DNA of 64,000 bases. It comes from Thecamonas trahens ATCC 50062. Lineage: Eukaryota; Protista; Apusomonadida. The position numbers and the translations under genes are program-made. Under the pieces are notes generated by a model. It searched no databases. It had not been told where the DNA came from and was given only the letters and a program-made list of their open reading frames with translations. Shown here one piece after another: positions 25,064 to 38,200 of this stretch; the stretch's first letter is position 1; the number at the start of each line of letters is the position of its first letter. The DNA lies in contig NW_013657674.1 of the NCBI RefSeq assembly GCF_000142905.1, positions 280,709-344,708 of the forward strand, in the 5' to 3' direction.

Positions 25064-25381
25064 AGATGATGACACCTGGGCCGGTTTTCCCTCTTCTGGT
25101 CCATCCAACATGACAACGCCATCCTCACTTTCGCTGTAGCTCTCGCTAGAGCTGTTGTCTGCGCCGTGGAGCGGCTCAGGTGAGCAACGCGTGTGGGCAG
25201 GCAACGCGGCCGAGACTGAGGTCGAGGTCGAGCTGGAGACCGTGGCTGCCAAGACCTCGACGTCAGCAGGGTCGAGTACACCCGGGACAGCCGAGTCTGA
25301 AGATGTTGTAGACGAGCCGGATGAGAACGCAATTGTCTCCTCCTTACGTGCGTGTCGTACGTGGGAGGACTCGTCTGCCAT
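21734..25381 (-). CDS. Membrane-bound class III adenylate cyclase with two TM blocks and two catalytic domains
   Basis: C1: VLFADVVGFT, KIKTIGDCYM, RVGLHSGPV. C2: KIKTVGTVYM, RIGINTG, FDCFGDTVNTASRMES, IKGKG. Two multi-helix hydrophobic blocks. Confidence 0.92.
25012..25063. repeat. (GAC)n microsatellite encoding poly-Ser in the cyclase N-terminus
   Basis: acgacgacg... visible directly. Confidence 0.95.
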
Positions 25382-25604
25382 GGTCTGCAGCAGTCGAGTG
25401 TGTCACACAGTTGTGCGGCGACGAGTGATCAGTGGCTGGCACAAATCGAAGAGAGCGGGAGAAGCGATGAGCATGCAGATGCACATGTTGTATTTGCAGT
25501 ACTTCTTAATAGAAATGAGTGGATGTAGTGGAGAGTGAAGGGCGTTTACTCTACGCAAAGGACTGCAGGGCCTGGTGCGCAGGGCGGATCCAACGATGGG
25601 GCGA

Positions 25605-26484
25605 TCACGGACCCTTGCGCGGGGTAGGGATACGACGTGATGAGAACGAAGAGAGCCAGTTGGTAAAGGTGAGGACAGGCGGAGCGTTGAGGACCATGGC
25701 AAAGTAGCGACCGACAAAGGGTAGTGAGCAGAGAGTGGTCTTGACGGTGGGGAAGAAGTCGCCAAAGAGGTTGACAAAGCCAAAGAGCTCGACGATGATG
25801 CCGAGGAGTGTGTATCCATACAGCAGGATGGCGATTCCAGCAAGGAAACAGCCAGTGCCCTTGGCCTTACCCCACTGGAAGAAGAATCGCATTGTCCGAG
25901 AGACGCCAATGAGCATGGGAATGCCAGCGAGGAAGAGCATGTTGCCGATGGCGAGGAGGCCACGGTCGAGGAACATGATGATGCCCATGACAAAGAAGAA
26001 GACCCCAAAGCCGGTGAGGCCCATACCTACACCAGCCCACCACCGTTACGTCACTACGTGAGTGTATGCAGTTCTAGGAAGCAACCATCGCTGTATCAGC
26101 CGCCATCGACTTGTTCGCTCTCTCCGATGACGTCGCAGACAGACACCCTCGACAGAGCTGACCTTCCATAGGTTGTGAAGGAGAAGCCGGGGAGGAGAGG
26201 GGGAAGGGATGGCGGAAGGCATGGAAAGGCTATGGAAGTGGCCGAGTGTGGGTCTTGTGTGGGCCTCTTGTGTGTGGGAGAGGGGACGAGAGGGGAGAAG
26301 GCGTTGCGGGAGGGGGGTCTCCTGGTTGGCGCCAAGCGAGGGGGGAGGGCCATATGGCCAAGACGTGGATGGTGGAGGCGATGGGGAAGGAGGGGAGGGG
26401 GGGCGGGGTGAGGAGAATGGAAGGGATATGAAAGGGATGGGGTTCGGTCGTACCGATGGTCTGCCAGTCGGATAGGCCGAACAT
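25605..26484 (-). CDS. GOT1: GOT1/GOLT1 vesicle transport protein; exons 26484-26454, 26026-25605
   Basis: Spliced N-terminus MFGLSDWQTIGMGLTGFG; DRGLLAIGNMLFLAG; ELFGFVNLFGDFFP; GTACGA..TAG intron. Confidence 0.93.
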
Positions 26485-26644
26485 CGTGATGTGTGGCGGT
26501 GTGGTGCGAGGGTGGAGTTGAGTGGAGGGGCGTGGGTGTGTACTGGTCAACCATAGCGGGCGAGTTCGGTGTGGGTATGTGGGTGGTCCGATGGGCAGGG
26601 GATCGTGTGGTTGGGACGTTTGAAGCTCGACAAGGGCTAGTGAG

Positions 26645-28390
26645 CTACGAGAACATTTGGGTGTCGACCAAGGCCTGCCAGGTGAACCGGTTGGTCTCGA
26701 TGAGCGAGTGGCAGGTGGCCTCGACAACGGGCAGGAACTTGCCGACGGCGCTGAAGAGCGGGAGCGAGATGTAGTCGATAAGGGTGACGCGAACCATACC
26801 CGGGTCAGTGAGTGGGACGGGTCGGTCGGCGGCGGCGGCTTCGCGGACATCCTCCTCGGCCTTCATGTCGGACCAGTACTTGGCGAGGGTAAAAGGACGG
26901 ATGTCGAGCGAAAAGTCTGCGGTCTTGGTGATCACCTGGCAGAGGAGGCGGCGATGGACGCCGTCGGCACCGTTGAATTGCGAGGCGACGAGGTTGAACG
27001 AAGAGAGGATCTTTGGGTGGGCCTTGAGGTCTGTGGCAAGGATGCAGTGGGTCATGAGGTTCTTGACGTACTCGGCCTTGGCCGGCTCCACGTTGGCGAG
27101 GACATTGGACGAGGGAACAGCGAGGAGGCCGCAGGCGAGCGACGCCGCGCGGTTCTCCAGGATGGACTCATTGTTGTACTGCATGGCATAGTCGGACGAC
27201 GACTCGATGAGGTAGTTGTTCGACGTCCCGGTGTGGCCCATCTGGAAGGCGATGACCGCCAGCATGACTGCGAGCACGTCGTGGGCGTCGAGGTGCTTCT
27301 GGGCCCCGCCGCGGGTGAGAATCCAGAACGCGAGCTGCGCTGAATCGACAGAGCGCCTGAACGAGTGGTACGGGTTGGTGATCGGGCACTGCGCAGCGAC
27401 GCCATCCAGAAAGGCCTCCAAAACTTCCTTGGGGATGAGGAAGTGCTGCAGGAGGCCGAGGTGCCGAAACATGGCAACCACGTACTGGCTCATCATCTCC
27501 TCGGGCGACGACCAGACGTCAAAGGTGGTGAGCTCAAAAACAGCCTTCAACGCGTGTGCATCCGAGTCGCTGGCCTCGTCGTCCGAGTCGCCGGTGTCGC
27601 GGCTAGCGGAGGTGGCAGCAGCAACCGCGCCGCCGAGCTGCGGCTCGATTTTCCAGGCGCCATGCAGCGTCTGGTCGCCGACCAGCGAGGTGATGTACGC
27701 CTTGGCCTCGGGCGGGGCGGTGCCCTGCTCGACTAGGTCGACAAAAGCCGAGGTCGAAGAAGCCGACGACGAGAGCAGCAGCGACTGCATCGCCCGGTCC
27801 AGGTCTGTACGGAGCGTGTTGAGCTCCTGCCTCAGTTGCTCGTCGGCGTTAGTCTGTGCTGCCAGCGTTTGGAGCGCCTTCACTCGCTCAGCCAGCGAGG
27901 AGATCGGGGATGTCTCTGTGGCGTCGACAATGAGCTTCTGCTCATGCATGATCGAGTTGCGCCGTTCGCGCGACCGCGGCGTCTGATCCCGAAGCGGGTT
28001 GACCGGCTTGGGCGGTGTATGGCCCTTGCGGACCAACTCTGCAAACTTGTCAAACGTGCCCTTGCGCACAGGCTTGAGGATAAAGTCGTCCGCGCCGGCC
28101 TGCAGCGCCTGATACGACGTGGCGGCGTCCTTGGCTGAGCTCATCATAACCACCACTAGCGAGGCCACCGCCGTATTCTCGTGTCCGCGGATTCTGCCTA
28201 GCAACTCCATCCCGTTCAGCTTGGGCATGTACACATCTGACAAGACCAGCTGGAACTTTTCCGGCTTGCGCTCGATCTTGCGCAACGCCAGCTCGCCGTT
28301 CTTAGCCGACGCCACTGTCCAAGCGAACAAACGACAGAGGTGAGGGTAGGGAGGGGGTGAGTGAGAGGATGTTTGAATATATCTATATCT

Positions 28391-28421
<31 letters not shown>

Positions 28422-28897
28422 CATGTGTGTGTGCATGTGTATGGGATTTGGTCTGTGGTTATGGATGTGGTTGTGGCAATGACGGTGACTGCCTGCTGCT
28501 GCGGCGAGGCGGTGCGCACCTGCGGGTAAGCGGCGAAGATCAAGTACCGAAGGGCTGCTGGTGGCGGTGTGGAAGAGGGGGGACAGGGGGTCGAGCAGGG
28601 AGACGCCCACTACAGTGCAGCAGGATGGAGTTGGAGGGAGAGAGGGGGAGGGGGGAGGGGGGGGGTAGGATGTGGCGTCCTTGTTCTGTTTTCTACAAGC
28701 AAGGGGCAGGGGTGGGGCACTGGGGTTGGGGGCGTGGGTGGGGCCTGTGCGGGCCAACCAACCACCTCCTCCCTCCCCCCCTATGTCAGGCAAAACATAC
28801 CAGTGTGACCAGCTTGGCGCAAGAAACGCTCGACAATCAGACGGGTAGTAGGCTCGTCCTCGACGACCAAGACCGAGATGGCTTCCGTATCAGCCAT
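26645..28897 (-). CDS. Response-regulator receiver + class I PDE-like domain (RegA-like architecture; PDE degenerate); exons 28897-28801, 28314-26645
   Basis: Receiver: VLVVEDE, VLSDVYMPKLNG, MMSS, GADDFILKP. PDE fold motifs: NPYHS, GHTGTSN, YNNESILEN, ILATDL, KTADFS. GTATGT..CAG intron. Confidence 0.85.
28378..28442. repeat. (TA)/(TG)n microsatellite in intron
   Basis: tatatctatatc...tgtgtgtg visible directly. Confidence 0.9.
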
Positions 28898-29238
28898 ACT
28901 GCTTGCGTTCTCTGATCCGGGAGTGGAGTGCAATTGCAGTCGTCGGCTCCGTCGTCACCCCAGTCGACGCCATTGCCACCAGACGACGGCAATGACCCCC
29001 AAAGCCTGAGGAGATCCGGTATGGTATGGTCTGTCTTCCTCGTTGTCGCAAAAAAAAGTGCCAAGCCGCTGAATGAGAGCCCGTTTCACCGCCGCTCCGC
29101 CGCTCTGTCTCTCCGCTGCCAACTCCCGACTCACCCCCCCCTCCCCCCCCCCCCCCCCCCCACCCCCCTCCACCCTCACCCTCAACTGTCGCTCTTCCGT
29201 CACCTGCAACCGTACTGAGAGTCTGCAAGTGGAGGGAT

Positions 29239-32200
29239 ATGGCGGCACAGATGCCCGGCGGATTGGAGCATCCTTCGCACAAGCTTCACGCTCTGCTATC
29301 GTCCATGCACGCTGCCGTTGGCCTGCCTGGACCTGGACTCGGCCAACCACCGCGTCCAGCTACTGAGAGCAGAAGCGAGGCGGCGTCGACTCCGACACGA
29401 ACCCGACAAGATGGAAGCAGACTTGATCAAGCTGGCGAGGCCGACGCGCCGACCCGCGAGAGTCCAGGCGGCTATGCGTCGCCGCTCAAGTCGCTCCGCG
29501 CCCGACGAGCAGCTCGCGCTCGCGCCTCGCTCACTCCGTCGCGCCCGGCCTCGCTGCGGCCGGTGACCACAGGTAGGGGCAATGGTGCGACTCCGCCGCC
29601 GCGCTCGCATGGCGATAAGAGTATGAGAGAAGAAGTCGACTACGCAAGTGAGCCGATGCCCATCGGTGCTATCCCGTCGGTAATGCAGACCCAGCTTGCC
29701 CAGATGACCGCCACCCGCAAGTCGCTGCATGCAATGCTGATGGAGGTTTTGCCGCGGGTGGATCGTGCTGAGGCGCTGGCTGCCGACATCCTTGGAGTGC
29801 TCGCTACGCCAGGACCACCGCCGCGCGCCCTTCTTCATGCCATCGACGCAGCTATCACGTATGCGTCTGACTACGCTGCCCAGTTGCCAACTGTGGCCGA
29901 GGCAGACAGTCTGCGCAGCCGGTTACTAGAGCCACTGCGCTCGCTACGATCCATGGAGGCGGCACGGGTAAGCCGAGCCGTTTGTAGCCCGACACATGGA
30001 CAAGTGGCGCCGTTGACGCCGACGCCAGTCACATCAAGCGGTCACTTGCAGGAGGCATCGCTCCAGCCGCTCCAGGCACGAGTGGCTGCTGCTTGTGCGG
30101 CAGCGGCCCGGCTTGCACCCGAAGTGTCAGCTCTCCCGGATCCGCTCACTATCCAGTGCCAGCCACCTAGTGTTGCGTTGCTCACACGGCACCTTGACGC
30201 TTTGACCCAGGTGGTGACTGATGCCTCCCTAGATCGAAGCTTGAAAGCTACCATCCCAGCTGCAACTGCAATTGTGGCGCAGCCAGCCGGTATGGCTGGT
30301 GCCTCGTCGACTCGTGACCAACTGCGGCAGCGAACGCAAGAGCACGTGGCGTCGCTGGGCAAGCGCCAGAGTGCGGCTGCGGCTGCGCTGGCTTCTGCCA
30401 CCCGCGCAGAAACCTTGGCCACGGTCGGTGACGTGTTGGCGGCGGAGGCTGATCGGATTGACAGCCGGCGGGCAGCAACCGCTGCCGAGGCTGCTGCTGC
30501 CGCCGCCGAGCGGGCGGCAGTGGATGATCGTGCGCAAAGTGTGGCCGCGCGGAGCGCTGCGGTTGACACTCGTGAAGCCTCGCTCAGCAGCGCTCAGGCA
30601 GTGGCTGCTGCTGCAACATCCGCTGCCGCCCTCGCTGCAAAGCGTCTCGAGGCGCAGCAGAGCGAGTTGGCGGCGCAGACTGAGCTCCTCGCGCGACAGC
30701 GACTTCGTCTCGAGAACCAAGAGGCTCGAGTCGCTCGCGAGCGAGCCGAGGTCGAGGCCGCTCGGACTGAAACAGTCGCCACACGCAAGGCGCACGATCA
30801 GCGGGCCAAGGTGATCGCGGCCGAGGCCCAGGCTCTGGCCCAGGCCCGCGCGCAGGCCAAAGTCGAGGCCGGCAGTCTTGCCACGCAGCGTGCCAAGCTC
30901 GACGCCGATGTAGACGAGCTGCAGCAGAAGCGCCTTCAGGCCGGCTTTACGCTTGCAGGAGCACAGCGAAGCCAGGATGCACTCGATGCCATGCAAGCCG
31001 AGCTTGAGAGCGCCGAGGCACGGGTTGACGCACGAAGCCGCGAGCTTGTCGCTCTGGTCACGGAGCTCGACAAGCGTGCCGCGGCACTCAATGCGCGTGA
31101 CGTTGAGCTTGCCCGCCGCGCGGCCAAGCTGGATGTGGAAAGTGCGAGTTTAGATGGCCGTGCTGCGGAGCTCGAGGCCCGTGTAGGGCTCATCGACGAG
31201 GAGCAGGCGGCGCTGGCGGCGGCGCGGGCTCTTGTAGAGCACGACTCTGCCACGGTGCTGGAACGTGAGTCAGAGCTGACACGGCAACTAGCCGATGTTG
31301 CCGAGACTCAGGCCGAGCTGCATGCGACTCGAGTCGAGCTGCGGAGCTTAGAAGTCGCACTAGAGAGCCGCGCAGCCGCGCTTGATGCCGCCGAGCACAA
31401 ACTGACGCGTGACCGGGCTGCACATGCACAGACATTGCAGGCGTTCAAGGCGTCTTCAGAGGCGCTTGCTCAAGAGTCAGCCCGGTTGGAGGCGCGAGAG
31501 GCAGAACTGGCACAGATGGCCGAGTCGGCACAGAATCGATGTGTTGCGCTCGATGCGCAGGGCGCTGCGCTCGAAGTCCAGGCCGAATCTGTCGGCGCAG
31601 CCGTGTCGCGAGCCGAGGCCTCGCTGAGGGCAGCGGCGGCTTCGGCGGCTGAGGCCGAGAAGCAAATGGCTGTCCTAGAAGCTCGCCATGTCGAGGCTGC
31701 CACTGCTGCTGCAACTGTGCAGGCGCGCGAGAACGAGGTCACGGCGCGTGAGGCCAAGCTAGCCGCAGCTGTCGCAGCGCTAGCTGCCGAGACGGCTGCG
31801 GCAGCCGATGCCTCGGCGGATGCGGCCAACGTCAAGTCGGCACTTGCGCGGCAAAAAACTGAGCTTAGCGCGCAGCAAGCGAGGCTTGAGAGCGTAGAGT
31901 GCTCGCTTGAGACCGCAAGGCGTGATCTGACCGCCGCACAAGCTGCACTGGCGCGAGATGTCGAGGCTCTCAACGCGGAACGGGCCGCACTCGCCGAACG
32001 TAGTGCAAAGAGTGCCTCCGATGCTCGTAAGGCGTCTCGCTCCGAGGCGGCTGCGGCAGCAGCGCTGCAGGCTATTGACGATGTCAGCGCGCGGCTGCAA
32101 GGTCGTGAAGCCGAGGTTGCGCGCAGGGCAGCGAGTCTGGATGCGAGAATGCGCGAGTGCGCGAGGCGGGAGAAGGTACTCGCTCGCGAGCGTGATGAGC

Positions 32201-35200
32201 TGGATCGAGCCTCTCGGGCTGTGTCGGCCCAGTCGGAGGCATTTGCCCGCAAAGCCAGCGAGCTGGCTGCTCACGAGACGCGTGTGTCTGTTGCCAGTGC
32301 TGAGCTCGCTGACCAGCAGGCTCAAGTTGCTGCCCGCGACATGGCGTTGCGTGCCGAGTCAGACCACATCAAGCAGACACGGGTTGCCATCGACGCGGAC
32401 CGTCGTGAGCTCGAGGCTATGGCCAAAGCCACCGAGGCCGAGCTGGCCAAGCTTGACGATGCACATGCCTTGCTGGAGCGCAAAAGCGCCCAGGTCGATG
32501 TTGACCGGAGTGTAGTTATGAAGCGGGAGCGTGAGCTAGCGGCAGGCAAGGCTGAGCTGGCCGCAGCTCGCGCTGCTTTGCGCGAGCTGGAATCTAAGCT
32601 GCTGGCTCGAAAGATTGCAGCAGACGAAGCAATGGCGAGCGCAGCAGCAGCTCAAGCTCGAGTCGATGCTGACCTCGATGCTCAGGCTGAAGCAAGTAAT
32701 GCACTCCAAGCACGTGAGGCTGCAGTAGCCGCTGCAGCCGCTGGCGTAGCGGACCGAGAGGCTGAGTTGGCACGGGCTCGTGCTACTGTAGAGGCCCAAG
32801 TTGCGGAGCTCGATGCATCTCGAGCAAGTCTAGCGGCTGAGACTGCCGTGGCGCGTGAGGCCCAGCTCAGGTTTGGGCAGCGGGAGGCAGAGCTCGATGC
32901 TAAGGTCCATGCCCTTGTCGAGCGTGAGACAAAGCTCGAGAGCGGGTGGCGCGAGCTGGAGGCTGACCGAGCTGGCGTTGCAGAAGCGCGAGCTAAGCTG
33001 GTGCGCGATCAGCAGGCACTGGCCGCTGCAACCGAGGCTCTTGCGAGCGAAGACACTCGGGTGACTGCCGATGCTGCAGCTGCGGCGAATGCAATGATGG
33101 CTGCAGATCAGGCTCGTGCCGAGCTTGTCGAGCGTGAGGCAAGCATTGCAAGGGATCGCGAGGCTGTGCAAGAAGCTGAAAAGCGAACGGCACACGAGAT
33201 GGCTCGGGTGGAGGCACTGCAGCGCTCGCTCGAGGCGCAGAGAAGGCAGTTGGAAGATGAGCTGGCCACCGCGGCAGATCACGAGCGTGCAGCTGCTCGG
33301 TCATCTGCGCTTGCACGGCAGATGCAGTCCCAAGTAGCTGCACGCAGCGATGCGCTGGTGGCTCGGCGCCGGGCTCTTGCTGAGGAGGAGGATCTGTTGT
33401 CGCAAGCCAAGGTTAACATTGCCAGCGCGCGCAGCGCTGTGAATAATGCCAAGCTTGCCGTAGCCGCGCGTGAACTGGCAGCCGAGGCTCATGAGGAGCA
33501 GCTTGCCAAGGCTGGCGCTGCCCTTCAGGCCCAGAAGCTTGCGATTGCCGATGCTGAGCGCAAGCTGGATGCTGAGCGGGCTCAAATCTCCCAACGTCGC
33601 AATACGCTCAATGGCGAGGCCCAAAGCCAGTCCGTAGCCGCAGCGCGGCTGGAAGCGCAAGCTCGTCACCTGAACGACCGGGAAGCCGGACTTGCAGCCC
33701 GCGAGACAGCGCTTGCGGCAACCGCAGACGAGGTTGCTCAGTCTGAGGTTGAGATCCAAGCGCTGCGCAAGACGTTGACCAACGAGCGCGCCGAGATCAG
33801 CAAGCTGCAGAGCGCGGCAAATGCGCGGACTCGCGAGCTTGATGAGCGGGAAGCTGCTGTAGGCGTGAATGAGGGCCGGCTGGACAAGCTTTTGGAGCGG
33901 GTCAAAGCCGCACAGACCCGCGCCGATGAGAGCCGGAGCGAGGTGACAGACGACCGTGCGACGCTCGAGGCCGACAAGCGTGCAGCGGCCAGCGAGGCGA
34001 AGCAGATTGCTGCCGACCGTCATGCGCTTGAGCTTCGTGAGCAGAAGCTGCAGAGTGCGGAGATCGAGTTGGCTGCGCGAGCTGCCCGACTGGATGAGGA
34101 CAAGGCTAGACTCGATGAGCAGCAAGCTAGACTCGTTTCTGCGCAACAGGAGGCCCAGGAGCGAATGGTTGAAGCTCGGGATGCCATGGCAGCTGCTTCG
34201 CACGGCGAGCAATTGGCACAGGACGAACGGAAGCGCGCGCAAGATCGTCTGGCCTTGCTCGATACCCAGGCGACCCAGCTGGCCGCTGACAAGGCGCAGC
34301 TCGGGCTTGCTCAAGTTGCGGTTGCGGAAGCGGAGCGGCGTGTCGGCATTGAGCGCAAGGAGTTGGAGGAAGCAAAGGCCAAGGCGGCAGAGGCTCGGGC
34401 TGCTCTCGAGGCTCGCAATGTGGCGGTGGCGGATGCGGCTGCACGGGCAGAGGCTGCTGCTGCATCGGCTGCGTCTGCTCAGGACGCCGCAAGACGCGCA
34501 GCAGCGGAGGCGGCTGCCAGAAAACGTGCTCTGGCTCAAGTGGCGGCAGGCCTCGACGAACGTCAAGCCAACTTGGACGCCAAGGCCAGGGATGTGGATG
34601 GGCGGCGGGCCTTGGTTGAGAGTCTTGCTGAGCAGACCTCTGTAGCACATGCAGCGGCACAGACAGAGGCACTCACACTTGCGCGGCAGCGTGGCGAGCT
34701 GGAAGCGCTGGGTGTCCGCCTCGCTGGGGAGCGAGCCAAGCTGAAGCAGATGCGGGAAGAGTTGGCTCGCGGCGTCGAGCGAGCGGCGCGTGACGCCGAT
34801 GCTGCTGCTGCTGGTCGGATTCAACTCGATCGCGAGCGTACTGCGCTGGCAGCGGCCCGGGCAATGCTGAGCAAGGACGAAGCCAAAGTTGCGGCGGCAC
34901 GGGTGGAGGCAGTAGCCGAGTCGGAGCGACTTCGCGAGCGGACCAGCAAGCTCGAGGTCGAGATGCGACTGGTTGATGACCAGGCAGCCGACAACCGTGA
35001 GCAGCTGCGACTGCTGCTACAGCAAGAGAAGCTTCTCGATGAACGCGGGTCCAAGCAGGCAAAGTCAGAGTCAGAGCTGAGTGCGCGCTGGGATGCACTC
35101 GGTGTTGCCGAGCTGGAGCTTGCCGAAGCAAGAGCTGTCGCCGATGGCCAAGCCCAAGCCCTTGCCAAGCGTGAGGCCGGAATGGAGGCACGCGCGGAGG

Positions 35201-38200
35201 ACCTGGCAGCAATGCAGGCTGCCGTCGAGGCTGAAGCCGCCGAGGCAGCCGCTGAAGCGCAGCGACTTCGAGCGATGGAAACTGCGCTGACTGAGCGCTC
35301 GAAAGAGCTGCTGGCACAACAGGCTGAGCTGGAAGCAAGTCATGATGCATTGCATGAGCGTCAAGGTGAGCTCGAGGCAGCTATAGATGCCTTTGCGGGT
35401 CGTGAGGCTCAGATGAAGGGCCAGCTGAGTCAAATCGCCGACGAGCGCGCAGCGCTGGAAACTTCGCGGCAAGAGATGGCGGCGCGAGCCGAGGCTCTTC
35501 AGGCCGAAGAGGCGCGACAGGCGAGCGAGGCCGCACGCCTTGCTGGCAAAGCTCACGTGCTTGCGGAACGCGAGCAAATTGTGGCTGATCGTCAGTCAGA
35601 GTTGGACGCTACGGCTGGTGAGCTCGCTATCAAGCGTGGTGAGCTCGCGGCGCAGCAGCAGGGCTTGGCGGATGACAAGGTTGACATAGAGAAGCAGAAC
35701 CAGGCTTTGGCGAGCTGGCAAGCAAGAGTGGTAGCTGATGAGGCCGAGCTAGATGCTCGGCGGGCAGCTGTGCGTGCAGAGCGCGCTTCACTTGAAGAGG
35801 CCAGCGTGCGTCTGGCGTCCGACAAGCGAACGCTTGAAACGCAGCTGGCGACGGTCAACGGTCAGTTGATATCACTTGAGAGCAAGCGAACAGCCTTGAC
35901 GGCTGCCAGTGAGAGCTTGCAGCAGCGCGAGGCTCAGCTTGCGAGTCGCGATGCAAGCCTCCTTGCCCGCGATAAGGCCCTGGCGGTTAAGGAAGCCAGA
36001 GCTGCAAGTGTACTTGAGCGAGAGACCGAGCTTGCAGCCAAGGAGTCCGCTGTAAGTGACCGAATGCTTGAGCTCGAGAACGAGCGTATGCGACTGGTTG
36101 AGGAGTCTGTCACGCTGGCAGAGGCAGAGCGCAAGGTAGCCGAAGTCCAAGCTGAGATCCGTGCAATGCGAACGGGAATCGATCGTGAGCGTGCGGCACT
36201 GGAGCGACGGAGCATGGATGTCGAAAACCGCGAGACGCAACTTGGTGCGCGGGAAGCCAGCCTGGCTCAGCAATCGAACGAGCTGCTTGAGCGGAGTCGG
36301 AGCGCTGCTCAGGCTGAGCGTGAGCTGGCGGCGTCCGAACGCGAGCTAGACGGCCGCAAGAAGCGGGCCGAGCTGGACGCCATCGAGCTTGCCGCCGAAC
36401 GCGAAGCGCTCGACAGCGAACAAGCCAATCTTGAGGCAGCCAGTGCAGCGTTGTCAGAACGGACGGAGGCCACGGTGGCCGAGGAGGCACGTCTGGCACG
36501 AGAGGCCGCGCGTGCTGCCGAGCGGGAGCGAGGCTTGGCCGCTGCAGTGGCCAGCAACGAGGCCAGACGAGCCGAGCTCAAGCGCGAAGCCAGGGAGCTG
36601 GACGATGCTCGGCACGCGTACGAGTTGGATGTGCAGGCCGTGGCGTCTGCGCAGAGCGCGCTCGCGCGCGAGCGCGAGACACACGAGCGAGCTGCGCGAA
36701 GTCTTGCTGACGCACAGGCTTCAGCGCATGCCGATGCGATGGCTCTGGAGGCTCGTGAACGAGCATGTGGCAAGGAGGAGGGCCGACTGGAGGCTGCACG
36801 TGATGAACTGCAGCGCAAAGAGATCATGTTTCACGCCCAAGCTGCACTGCTGCAGGAGCAGGAGGAGGCACTGGAGTTGCAGCTGGCGTCGCTAGCCGAG
36901 CAGCTTCAGCTACTCGCCGAGGAGCGGAGCGAGGTCAAAACCAGCGGTCTGAGCTGGCACGGTCCAGAGACGCGGCTGCGCGGAGCAAGCAAGCAGCGGA
37001 AGCGGCTCAGCGTGCTGCCGCGGAGCAGAGCGCGGCGGTGTCGAAACGAGAGGCGAGTGTGACGGCACGCGAGAGCGACCTAGCCGAGGCGCAGCGCGCG
37101 CTGGACACCGCTCGGACAGAGCTAGCGGGGTTAGAGGCCGAGCTTCACCGCCGAAGTGCTGCGCTTGTGCAGGCTGAGGACGCGGCTGCCGCACGCCAGG
37201 CCGAGTTGGACAGCCAGCGGCGAAGCTTGCAACGGATGAATGACGGGGCGGCGGCGCAGCAGAAGGCGCTCGAAGTCGAGCGGCGGGCACTGGCCGAGGC
37301 GCAAAGCCAGGTCAAGGCCCGCGAGGAGGCGATGGCGCGCGCGCTCCAAGCCGTTGAGGAGCGTGAGGTCAAGGTTAGCACCGACCAAGCGCGACTCTGT
37401 GACGAGCGTGACGCACTGGAGGCACGCGAAGCCAAGATTCGCGCGGCTGAAAAGGCAGTGGCGGTTGCCGAGGCCGAAGCTGCGCGCGCTCAAGCTCGGA
37501 TGGAGGGCGAGCGTGCTGCGGTCGACGCGGCTCAGGAGCATGTTCGTCAGGCGGGTGAAGAGGTTCGGCGGCGTGAAAAGATATTGGCCGGCCTCGAAGC
37601 GCGTGAGGCGGCACTTGCGGCCGAAGCCGAGACTCTTTGTGGACGCGAGGCTGCGCTGGCCCAAGATCGCAAGGCGTTGACGGAGAGGGAGATTGAGCTC
37701 AAGGGTTTTGAGCGCGACCTGCAGCGCGAGGCGCAGGATGCGCGCCGAACTGCAGAGCAGCTTGCCAAACGTGAGGCCGAGCTCGATGACCGCGAGGCGA
37801 GAGACGCATCGCGGCGGACTGGGCTTGATGCACGCGAGGCGGCGGTGGTTGAGCTGGAGGCCCGGGCAGCAGAGGTGGATGCGAGTCGCGAGGCTGTTGA
37901 GAGACGTGCAGCTGAGACGCAAGCGCGAGAGGCGATGCTGGCAGAGAAGAGCGCGGCGCTCGATGCACGGGCACAAGAGCTAGAGACAGCAACAGCAGCG
38001 TTTGCAGCAGAGAAGGAGGAACACGAGGCCGAGATGGCCCGGGTGAAGGCCGAAGCAGTCGAGGCAATCGAGGTCAAGAAGGACACGATTGTGCGGACAG
38101 CCAAACTTCGATCGCTGTCGTCAGAGCTGGATGCCCGGCAAGCGAAACTAGCCGGACTGGAAGCGCTGGAGACGCGGCTTGAGTCCGAGAAGCGGTCGGC

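Noticed and set aside
29239-37062. SMC, myosin or phage tape-measure identity for the coiled coil
   Set aside because: No ATPase head, hinge or motor motifs, and no viral genes nearby.
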